Shown in pieces: positions 18,867-26,933 of a stretch of DNA of 64,000 nucleotides (position 1 is its first letter; each line of letters opens with the position of its first letter). Below the pieces are notes generated by a model. The model was not told where the DNA came from and ran no database searches. It saw nothing but the letters and a program-made list of their open reading frames with translations. The position numbers and the translations under genes are program-made. Source of the DNA: an uncultured Rikenellaceae bacterium (GTDB lineage: Bacteria > Bacteroidota > Bacteroidia > Bacteroidales > VadinHA17); contig CAYZVJ010000001.1 of NCBI GenBank assembly GCA_964481765.1, forward strand, positions 18,452 to 82,451, written 5' to 3'.

Positions 18867-19286
18867 TTGAGCATCTATTTTCATAATGAAACGTGTCGTT
18901 TTAAGTATAGTGAAATAGCAAAAAGTAAAAAATGGCTAAGGAAGATACTGCGTGAAGAAAAGAAAAGGGAAGGCGACATAAACATTATATTTACCGATAA
19001 TAACACAATTCTGCAATTAAATAAAACCTATCTTTCACATAACTATTTTACCGACGTCATTGCGTTTCCTTATAGGGAAGGAAAAACGGTTACTGGTGAT
19101 ATATACATCAGTATCGATACGGTAAAAGAAAATGCAAAACACTTTAAATGCAGCTTTTGGGATGAATTACACCGGGTCGTGATTCATGGTTTACTACACA
19201 TTATCGGATACGGTGATAAAACGGCAAAGGAGAAGAAAGAGATGAGGAAAAAGGAGTCATTTTATTTATCGGAATTCACAACTTAA
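18867..19286 (+). CDS. ybeY: rRNA maturation endoribonuclease YbeY
   Basis: HGLLHIIGYGD (H-x3-H-x5-H zinc motif). 139 aa. A TTG start at 18867 is forced because there is no in-frame ATG near the N-terminus. Confidence 0.9.
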   Translation: MSIYFHNETCRFKYSEIAKSKKWLRKILREEKKREGDINIIFTDNNTILQLNKTYLSHNYFTDVIAFPYREGKTVTGDIYISIDTVKENAKHFKCSFWDELHRVVIHGLLHIIGYGDKTAKEKKEMRKKESFYLSEFTT

Positions 19287-19339
19287 TGAGCAGATAATCA
19301 TAAAGATAAACAGATTAATTCACCCTGGATGATAATGGT

Positions 19340-19347
19340 TATATTTG
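19340..19347 (+). promoter_or_regulatory. Bacteroidota -7 promoter box TATATTTG
   Basis: Exact TAnnTTTG match, 27 nt upstream of the mnmG ATG at 19374. Confidence 0.45.
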
Positions 19348-19373
19348 CATCCGGGTACATTAGATAAGTGAAA

Positions 19374-21242
19374 ATGGAGTATGATATAATCGTGGTTGGT
19401 GCGGGACACGCAGGTAGCGAAGCAGCAGCAGCAGCAGCAAATATGGGATCAAAAGTGCTGCTGATTACAATGGACATGACAAAAATTGCACAAATGTCAT
19501 GCAATCCTGCAATGGGTGGAATAGCCAAGGGGCAGATAATACGGGAAATAGATGCACTGGGAGGATATTCAGGAATTGTGACGGACCGTTCAATGATTCA
19601 GTTTAGAATGTTGAATAAATCGAAAGGACCGGCAATGTGGAGCCCAAGGGCACAATGCGACAGGATGAAATTTAGCCTGGTGTGGAGACAGGTGCTTGAA
19701 AGCATAGATAATCTGGATTTTTGGCAGGACACGGTTAAGGAGATACTGATTGAGAATGGAAAAGTTACCGGAGTTATAACAAACATGAATGTTACATTTA
19801 AAGGCAAAAGTGTAATACTGACAAGTGGAACTTTTTTAAATGGGCTGATGCATATCGGGAAAACAAAAATTGAAGGTGGAAGAGCAGCAGAACCAGCGGC
19901 AATTGGATTATCAAAACAACTGAGAAATACCGGGTTTAGAGTAGGAAGGTTAAAAACAGGAACACCACCAAGAGCGGATGGCAGGACAATTGATTTCGAT
20001 CAATTAATTGAACAGGCTGGAGACAAGGAGAAGAATTGTTTTTCTTTTTTGCATGAACGATTCAATATAGAAAACCAGAGAAGTTGCTATATTACTCATA
20101 CAGACCTGAATGTGCACGGTGTTCTGGAAAAAGGATTGGTGGAATCGCCACTGTTTAATGGAACAATTAAAAGCATTGGACCAAGATATTGCCCAAGTAT
20201 TGAAGCTAAGATAGTAACCTTTGCAGATAAAGAGAAGCATCAGTTGTTCATTGAGCCGGAAGGAAATGATACCATTGAATATTACATCAATGGATTTGCA
20301 TCATCCTTGCCATGGAATATACAGTACAAGGCATTGAAAAAGGTAAAAGGGATGGGAAAGGTGAAAATATTCAGGCCGGGATATGCAATTGAATATGACT
20401 ATTTTGATCCAACACAACTGGCGCATACGATGGAAACGAAATTAATAGAAAATCTATATTTCGCCGGACAGGTTAACGGAACAACAGGATATGAGGAAGC
20501 AGGTGCACAGGGCTTGATCGCAGGGATAAATGCAAGCCTTAAAATAAAAGGAAAAGAGGAGTTTGTATTGGGAAGAGATCAGGCATATATAGGAGTGTTG
20601 ATAGATGATCTTGTAACAAAAGGTGTGGATGAACCATACCGGATGTTTACATCAAGAGCAGAATATCGGATATTATTACGGCAGGATGATGCAGATTATC
20701 GGTTAACGCCGTTGGGTTATGATCTGGGAATTGTAAAGAAAGAACGATATGAAATTATGAGGAAAAAATATGAATGGCGTGACAAAATATTGGAATTCAT
20801 AAAAGAGATGAGTGTAAAACCGGAATGGGTGAATGAAAAATTGGTAGAACTGGGTACAAGCAAAGTTAAACAAGGCGTTAAATTGAAAGAAATTTTGTTG
20901 AGGCCACAGGTGTCGATAGTTGAAATAGCGGAAGTGTTGGAAAAATTAAAGGAAGTAATTGATCGGATAACGGAAAGAAAAGAAGAGATACTGGAAAGTG
21001 CTGAAATATTAATGAAATACTCAGGATACATTGAGCGGGAAAAAAGAATGGCTGATAAGATTAAGCGACTGGAAAATATAAAAATTGAAACGGAATTCGA
21101 TTACATGAAAATTGCGTCAATATCTACGGAGGCAAGACAAAAATTAGTAAGAATAAAGCCAACCACAATAGGACAAGCATCAAGAATAAGTGGAGTCTCG
21201 CCATCGGATATCAGTGTGTTGCTTCTCTATATGGGGCGATAA
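19374..21242 (+). CDS. mnmG: tRNA uridine-5-carboxymethylaminomethyl modification enzyme MnmG (GidA)
   Basis: YDIIVVGAGHAGSEAA FAD motif, SCNPAMGGIAKG, GPRYCPSIE, FAGQVNGTTGYEEAGAQG. ATG at 19374 preferred over the track's GTG at 19368. Confidence 0.95.
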   Translation: MEYDIIVVGAGHAGSEAAAAAANMGSKVLLITMDMTKIAQMSCNPAMGGIAKGQIIREIDALGGYSGIVTDRSMIQFRMLNKSKGPAMWSPRAQCDRMKFSLVWRQVLESIDNLDFWQDTVKEILIENGKVTGVITNMNVTFKGKSVILTSGTFLNGLMHIGKTKIEGGRAAEPAAIGLSKQLRNTGFRVGRLKTGTPPRADGRTIDFDQLIEQAGDKEKNCFSFLHERFNIENQRSCYITHTDLNVHGVLEKGLVESPLFNGTIKSIGPRYCPSIEAKIVTFADKEKHQLFIEPEGNDTIEYYINGFASSLPWNIQYKALKKVKGMGKVKIFRPGYAIEYDYFDPTQLAHTMETKLIENLYFAGQVNGTTGYEEAGAQGLIAGINASLKIKGKEEFVLGRDQAYIGVLIDDLVTKGVDEPYRMFTSRAEYRILLRQDDADYRLTPLGYDLGIVKKERYEIMRKKYEWRDKILEFIKEMSVKPEWVNEKLVELGTSKVKQGVKLKEILLRPQVSIVEIAEVLEKLKEVIDRITERKEEILESAEILMKYSGYIEREKRMADKIKRLENIKIETEFDYMKIASISTEARQKLVRIKPTTIGQASRISGVSPSDISVLLLYMGR

Positions 21243-21278
21243 TGTTCCACGTGGAACAATTTTTTAAAAAATAAATCC

Positions 21279-22934
21279 ATGAATTCAAAAAAAAGCTTTT
21301 TTATTGAAGGATTTATTGTTGATGTATTTAAAAAAACCATTTTTCCTGGCAGGATAACCATAGAAAACGGGAGAATTGCTGAGATAAAACCGAAAAGGAA
21401 AGTACCCAATCATTTTCTATTGCCAGGCCTGGTGGATGGTCATGTACACGTTGAAAGCTCCATGCTAACACCCGGAAGCTTTGCCCAGGTAGCTGTTAAA
21501 AACGGGACTGTTGCTGTTGTATCAGATCCGCACGAAATTGCAAATGTATTGGGGATAGCCGGAGTGAATTTCATGATTGAGGAGGGGAGAAAAGTACCCC
21601 TGAAATTTTACTTTGGCGCACCATCCTGTGTGCCTGCAACACCCTTTGAAACCACAGGAAACAAGATCGGAATAAAAGAGGTTGGACGGTTAATGAAACG
21701 AAAGGAGATCCATTATCTTTCGGAGATGATGAATTTTCCGGGTGTCGTACACAGGGATAAGGAAATCATGGAAAAAATAGCATTGGCGAAAGCAGCAAAT
21801 AAAAAAATTGATGGTCATGCACCGGGATTAACCGGTGATGATTTGAATGCATATATATCGGCGGGGATAACGACAGACCATGAGTGCACAAGCGAAAAAG
21901 AAGCGACAGAAAAACTGGAAAAAGGAATGAGAATTCTGATTCGGGAAGGCAGTGCTGCAAAGGACATGGACAGCCTGCTGGCACTGGTTGATCAATTTCC
22001 GGAGGATATCATGTTATGTACGGATGATATCCATCCGGATGACCTTGCAAAAGGACACATCAATCGGTTGTTGAAGAAAGGTGTCCGGGGCGGTGCCGAC
22101 CTGTTTAACCTGCTAAGAGCAGCAACCCTGAATCCTGTAAATCACTATAATATGCAGGTTGGATTACTGCAGATAAACGACCCGGCAGACCTTGTTGTGG
22201 TGGAAGACCTAACCTCTTTTAATGTGATGAAGACCATCATCGATGGTCAGATTGTGTATGACAATGGGACAGTGTTGTTTGCGAATAAAACCCGATCAAA
22301 ACCCAATAATTTCATTCAAAATTTTATTACAGCGAAAGACCTTGCAGTACGTCCCGGGAAAGGAAAAATGAAGGTCATTGTTGCCCAGGATGGTAAATTA
22401 TTAACGGGAAAAGAAACCATTGAGCCAACAGTGGAAAACGGCTTTGTCGTGGCGGATCCGGTCAATGATCTGTTAAAGATTGGAGTACAGAACAGGTATA
22501 AAAAAACAAAACCAGCCATTGGGTTTATTCGTGGTATGGGGTTGTCCGCCGGAGCGATCGCAAGCAGCATAGCACACGACAGTCACAACGTCATTGGGGT
22601 GGGTGCCACTGATGCAGAACTCGCTCGTGCACTGAATCTTATCAATGAGTTGAAAGGAGGAATTGCAGTCATACGAGGAGAGCAGGCAGAATGGCTGGAA
22701 TTACCGGTTGGTGGTATTATGTCTAATGAAAACGGACATTTGATAGCAGAAAAATATGTTCACCTGAATCGGCTGGTAAAAGGAATGGGCTCTAACCTGA
22801 AGGCTCCATTCATGACCCTTTCCTTCATGGCTTTGCTGGTTATTCCGGAACTGAAGATTGGTGATCAGGGACTATTCGATGTACGAAAATTCTCGCCAGT
22901 AACACTTTTTGAAAATGAGTCCGGCAGTGAGTAA
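21279..22934 (+). CDS. ade: adenine deaminase
   Basis: LPGLVDGHVHVESSMLTP, DPHEIANV and GHAPGLTGDDLNAYISAGITTDHE are amidohydrolase metal ligands in the adenine deaminase arrangement. 551 aa. Confidence 0.9.
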   Translation: MNSKKSFFIEGFIVDVFKKTIFPGRITIENGRIAEIKPKRKVPNHFLLPGLVDGHVHVESSMLTPGSFAQVAVKNGTVAVVSDPHEIANVLGIAGVNFMIEEGRKVPLKFYFGAPSCVPATPFETTGNKIGIKEVGRLMKRKEIHYLSEMMNFPGVVHRDKEIMEKIALAKAANKKIDGHAPGLTGDDLNAYISAGITTDHECTSEKEATEKLEKGMRILIREGSAAKDMDSLLALVDQFPEDIMLCTDDIHPDDLAKGHINRLLKKGVRGGADLFNLLRAATLNPVNHYNMQVGLLQINDPADLVVVEDLTSFNVMKTIIDGQIVYDNGTVLFANKTRSKPNNFIQNFITAKDLAVRPGKGKMKVIVAQDGKLLTGKETIEPTVENGFVVADPVNDLLKIGVQNRYKKTKPAIGFIRGMGLSAGAIASSIAHDSHNVIGVGATDAELARALNLINELKGGIAVIRGEQAEWLELPVGGIMSNENGHLIAEKYVHLNRLVKGMGSNLKAPFMTLSFMALLVIPELKIGDQGLFDVRKFSPVTLFENESGSE

Positions 22935-22994
22935 ACCAGGAAAGCCATGGTGAACTGAACGAGGGGTACCCAATGCGGCTAAATTCATTCGGTT

Positions 22995-24812
22995 TTGGCA
23001 AATCAAAAAAAACACAACGAAGAATTGAAATCCAATATGGATCTGCTTCCGGAAAAACCGGGGGTGTATCAGTTCAAGGATAAACAGGGCGTTGTGATTT
23101 ACATTGGTAAAGCGAAAAACCTGAAGAAAAGAGTACACTCCTATTTCTCGAAAAGCCTCGTTGGCAAAACAGCCATCATGATGAAGCATGTCAGGGAGAT
23201 CGCACACGTTATTGTAGACAGCGAATCAGATGCATTGTTGTTGGAGAACAACCTCATAAAAAAACACCAGCCACGTTATAATGTATTGCTGAAAGATGAT
23301 AAAAGCTTCCCCTGGATTTGCATAAAGAATGAACCCTTCCCGCGCGTTTTCCATACCAGAAGCAGGGTCGATGACGGATCAAAATATTTTGGGCCCTATA
23401 CCTCAATGGTTGTTGTGAGAACCCTGCTCGATATGATCAAACAGCTTTATCCTCTGCGAAACTGTAACTACCGGCTTAGCGACGAAAACATTCGAGAGAA
23501 GAAATTCAGGATCTGCCTGGAATACCATATGGGGAATTGCCTGGGGCCTTGTGTCGGATTGCAGGATAGCCGTGACTACGATGACAATATCCAACAGATA
23601 GAATCCATTCTGAAAGGGAACATCAAGAGCGTTTTCACCCATTTAAAGCATCTTATGAGTCGATATGCCTCTGATTATCAATATGAAGAGGCAAATGAAG
23701 TTAAAAAAAAGATTACAATCCTGGAACGCTTTCAAAGCAAATCAACTATCGTTAACCCCTCGTTGCATAACCTGGATGTTTTTTCATATACAGAGGATGA
23801 GGACCGGGCGTATGTTAATTACCTTAAAGTCTCACATGGGGCTGTAATACAAGCACATACGGTAGAGATCAAACGAAAATTGGAAGAGACCAAAGAGGAT
23901 TTGTTATTGTTCGCAATGACAGAAATACGGCAGAGAATGTTTAGCTCGGCCAGGCAAATCATTGCCCCCTTCAAACTTCCGTTTGAAATGGAGGGATGCA
24001 GGATAACCGTTCCACGAAAAGGGGATAAGCAGAAGCTACTCAGGCTTTCGGAACGGAATGTAACCCATTACCGGCTGCAAAAAAGCAGGAAAAAAATGGA
24101 TCAATCGGTCTCATCAAGCCGTTTGCGTATATTAAACAAACTGGCACAGGATCTGAGGCTTAAGGAATTACCTGTCCGGATTGATTGTTTTGATGTTTCA
24201 AACATTCAGGGGAAGCATGCTGTAGCTTCGTGTGTTGTTTTTTATAATGCCCAGCCATCCAAAAAAGAGTACAGACACTTCCATATCAAAACGGTCGCAG
24301 GTGCAAATGATTATGCATCCATCGGCGAGGTGGTGCTGAGAAGGTATAGAAGAGTGCTGAACGAACGACAAAAGCTGCCTCAGTTGATTGTAATCGACGG
24401 AGGGAAGGGACAGCTTAATACCGCGGTGAAAAGCCTTGAAATCCTTGGGTTGAAGGGTACCATAGCAATTATCGGTATAGCAAAACGACTGGAAGAGATT
24501 TATTTTCCAGGAGATCCGGTTCCGTTATATCTTAACAAAAGTTCTGAAAGCCTGAAGGTGCTTCAGCATGTGAGAAACGAAGCACACCGTTTTGGGATTT
24601 CGTTTCACAGGAATAAAAGATCCAGGGAACAGGTAAAATCGATCATCGACGATATCAAAGGGGCAGGACCTCAGACTGTTCAAAAACTGATGCTGGAATT
24701 CAAATCGGTGGAGGGAATTAAAAATGCTGAAATGACCCAGCTTGAAAAATGCATAGGTGCTACAAGGGCAAGAATAATCTACGATTTTTTTCATGGATCA
24801 GCCGGGAACTAA
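22995..24812 (+). CDS. uvrC: excinuclease ABC subunit C
   Basis: GIY-YIG domain (PGVYQFKDKQGVVIYIGKAKNLKKRVHSYF...PRYN), a UVR domain, an endonuclease V-like domain and a C-terminal HhH. Start uncertain: TTG at 22995 (gives the usual ~20 aa before PGVY) or ATG at 23037. Confidence 0.9.
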   Translation: MANQKKHNEELKSNMDLLPEKPGVYQFKDKQGVVIYIGKAKNLKKRVHSYFSKSLVGKTAIMMKHVREIAHVIVDSESDALLLENNLIKKHQPRYNVLLKDDKSFPWICIKNEPFPRVFHTRSRVDDGSKYFGPYTSMVVVRTLLDMIKQLYPLRNCNYRLSDENIREKKFRICLEYHMGNCLGPCVGLQDSRDYDDNIQQIESILKGNIKSVFTHLKHLMSRYASDYQYEEANEVKKKITILERFQSKSTIVNPSLHNLDVFSYTEDEDRAYVNYLKVSHGAVIQAHTVEIKRKLEETKEDLLLFAMTEIRQRMFSSARQIIAPFKLPFEMEGCRITVPRKGDKQKLLRLSERNVTHYRLQKSRKKMDQSVSSSRLRILNKLAQDLRLKELPVRIDCFDVSNIQGKHAVASCVVFYNAQPSKKEYRHFHIKTVAGANDYASIGEVVLRRYRRVLNERQKLPQLIVIDGGKGQLNTAVKSLEILGLKGTIAIIGIAKRLEEIYFPGDPVPLYLNKSSESLKVLQHVRNEAHRFGISFHRNKRSREQVKSIIDDIKGAGPQTVQKLMLEFKSVEGIKNAEMTQLEKCIGATRARIIYDFFHGSAGN

Positions 24813-24829
24813 GCAGAAATAAAAACTTC

Positions 24830-25804
24830 TTACCGGTCCCTGCTGGTAGTATAATGAACCAGTGCTGTCAGGGAATTTTTTGCCTCGTTATCCGGAAACT
24901 GGCTGAGAATATCCAGGGCACGATCCCGGTACTCATTCATTTTTCGAACCGAATATTCAATCCCGCCATTGGCCTGAACAAATTGAATGATCTCTTTCAC
25001 TTTCAATGAATTCCGATTGTGTCGACTGATGAGGTTCAAAATCTTTCTTTTTTCAGAGGATTCGGAGTTTGCAAGTGAATAAATCAAAGGCAGGGTGATT
25101 TTTTTCTCTTTAATATCATTTCCGGTTGGCTTACCCAAAATTCCGGTTTTTTGATAATCGAAAAGATCATCTTTGATTTGAAAGGCAATACCCACATTCT
25201 CCCCGAAATCTTTCATTTTATTTACCAACTCGCCATTCGCCCCGACACTTTTCGTTCCACAGGCCGAGCAGGCAGCAATCAGGGTAGCCGTCTTTTTACG
25301 GATGATCTCAAAATATTCACTTTCCGTGATGTTCAATTTCCGGGATTTCTGGATTTGAAGCAACTCCCCTTCGCTCATGTCACGAACGGCTCCGGAAACA
25401 ATCTCTAACAACTCAAATTCTTTATTTTCAACGGCTACAAGCATTCCTCTGGCCAGTAAATAATCGCCCATCAATACCGCAATCTTGGATTTCCAAAGTG
25501 CATTAATGGAAAAAAATCCCCTTCTTTCGAGGGAGTCATCAACCACATCATCGTGAATCAGGGTTGCCGTATGAAGCATCTCAATAAGGGTTGCTGCAGT
25601 GTAACTTGATTCACCAATCTCTCCATGAAGTTTGGCGGAGAGAAAAACAAACATAGGCCGCATTTGCTTTCCTTTTCGTCGGAGTATATAGTTGGTTATT
25701 ATGTTCAGAAGAGGAACAGCACTTTTCATGGAGGAATTAAAAAAAGCATTGAACTTTTTCATCTCCTCATGAATGGGCGCATGAATGGATTTGATTGTTG
25801 ACAT
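24830..25804 (-). CDS. ispB: polyprenyl (octaprenyl-type) diphosphate synthase
   Basis: First DDxxD region ATLIHDDVVDDS and second FQIKDDLFDY. 324 aa trans-IPPS fold. Confidence 0.9.
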   Translation of the reverse strand: MSTIKSIHAPIHEEMKKFNAFFNSSMKSAVPLLNIITNYILRRKGKQMRPMFVFLSAKLHGEIGESSYTAATLIEMLHTATLIHDDVVDDSLERRGFFSINALWKSKIAVLMGDYLLARGMLVAVENKEFELLEIVSGAVRDMSEGELLQIQKSRKLNITESEYFEIIRKKTATLIAACSACGTKSVGANGELVNKMKDFGENVGIAFQIKDDLFDYQKTGILGKPTGNDIKEKKITLPLIYSLANSESSEKRKILNLISRHNRNSLKVKEIIQFVQANGGIEYSVRKMNEYRDRALDILSQFPDNEAKNSLTALVHYTTSRDR

Positions 25805-25824
25805 GAAAGCGGTAACAAGGGAGG

Positions 25825-25832
25825 CAAAGATA
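25825..25832 (-). promoter_or_regulatory. Bacteroidota -7 promoter box TATCTTTG (minus strand)
   Basis: The reverse complement of caaagata matches TAnnTTTG, 20 nt upstream of the ATG at 25804. Confidence 0.45.
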
Positions 25833-25902
25833 ATAATTAAAAAGTATTCAAGAATATATCTAAATATGATAATTGTATGTTTTTTTAAGAAGTATATATT
25901 TA

Positions 25903-25910
25903 TATATTTG
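25903..25910 (+). promoter_or_regulatory. Bacteroidota -7 promoter box TATATTTG
   Basis: Exact TAnnTTTG match, 26 nt upstream of the ATG at 25936. Confidence 0.45.
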
Positions 25911-25935
25911 TATGTTATCCTGTAAAATCTGATAG

Positions 25936-26235
25936 ATGGAAATAAATAACCTTACCCCGCAACAACTGGAAAAAGCAGCCAATATGCTTAAAGCCATTGC
26001 TCATCCGATGAGAATAGCCATTTTAAGTTACCTGGAAGAAGGCAAGAAGCTAACGGTGACAGAAATACATGAGCTACTCAACATTGAACAATCCACCACT
26101 TCGCATCATCTGGGAATTTTAAAAGATAAGGGTGTGCTCCTATCAAAACGGGATGGTAAAAACACCTATTATTTTCTGAAGCACAATAATTTGAGACAAA
26201 TAGTCGAGTGTGTCAGCCAATGTTGTGATCGTTGA
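25936..26235 (+). CDS. ArsR/SmtB-family transcriptional regulator
   Basis: LKAIAHPMRIAILSYLEEGKKLTVTEIHELLNIEQSTTSHHLGILKDKGVL is a typical ArsR wHTH. 99 aa. C-terminal CVSQCC. Confidence 0.85.
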   Translation: MEINNLTPQQLEKAANMLKAIAHPMRIAILSYLEEGKKLTVTEIHELLNIEQSTTSHHLGILKDKGVLLSKRDGKNTYYFLKHNNLRQIVECVSQCCDR

Positions 26236-26379
26236 ACAGCAAATCCCTTTCTTCCCATCCACATCCCCATCCCTAACGCTTAACCATGCGGACCTGATCA
26301 GAACCATAATCGACGTGCTTTTTATCTGTTATTACCCCTGTATACCGGTACGTGACGATCAATATTGACAATTTGATGT

Positions 26380-26387
26380 TATATTTG
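26380..26387 (+). promoter_or_regulatory. possible -7 promoter box TATATTTG
   Basis: Exact TAnnTTTG match, 57 nt upstream of the queD ATG. Confidence 0.4.
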
Positions 26388-26443
26388 TTCCTGAAGAGAG
26401 AAATTCGGTATACTGAAGACCGTGGCATCCATTACGTAAAACC

Positions 26444-26893
26444 ATGACAAGAATACGCATTACAAAACAGTTTACATTTGAAATGGCCCATGCTTTGTGG
26501 AATTATGATGGACCATGTAAAAATGTTCATGGACACTCCTATAAGTTATATGTAACAGTTGTTGGGACACCCATTGATGATAAGAAGAACAGGAAAAACG
26601 GGATGGTTATGGATTTCGGCGATTTGAAGAAAATTGTAGAGGAGGAAATTATTAATCGGTATGATCACGCCGTGGTGATTTGCCGGGATGCTCCCCACCA
26701 CATGCTGAAAAACATTGAACAGATGTTTGAGAAATATGATGTTATGGATTGTCAGCCCACCTGCGAAAACCTGGTATTTCATTTCGCCGGGAGACTGAAA
26801 AACAGGCTACCACAACACCTTAAGCTATATCGCATTCGCCTAGACGAGACAGCCACCTCTTTTGCGGAATGGTACGCAGATGATAATGAATAA
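26444..26893 (+). CDS. queD: 6-carboxy-5,6,7,8-tetrahydropterin synthase
   Basis: FTFEMAHAL...CKNVHGHSYKLYVTV (Cys plus His triad of the PTPS/QueD fold), MVMDFGDLK. 149 aa. Confidence 0.9.
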   Translation: MTRIRITKQFTFEMAHALWNYDGPCKNVHGHSYKLYVTVVGTPIDDKKNRKNGMVMDFGDLKKIVEEEIINRYDHAVVICRDAPHHMLKNIEQMFEKYDVMDCQPTCENLVFHFAGRLKNRLPQHLKLYRIRLDETATSFAEWYADDNE

Positions 26894-26933
26894 ATCCAAC
26901 CCAACGGGATAAGGATCGAGATACGCTGGAAAC

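Noticed and set aside
19422-19439. (GCA)6 trinucleotide repeat inside mnmG (encoding AAAAAA), and A8-A9 homopolymers inside nadA (about 5095) and uvrC (about 23703), considered as slippage or phase-variation sites.
   Set aside because: The GCA repeat is in frame and sits in the normally Ala-rich FAD-binding helix. The A-runs encode Lys-Lys-Lys in intact essential genes. There is no evidence of frameshifted alleles.
26245-26273. G-quadruplex or i-motif potential of the C-rich tract (minus strand GGGATGGGGATGTGGATGGG).
   Set aside because: One of the four G-runs is only GG and there is no supporting context, so it is too weak to call.
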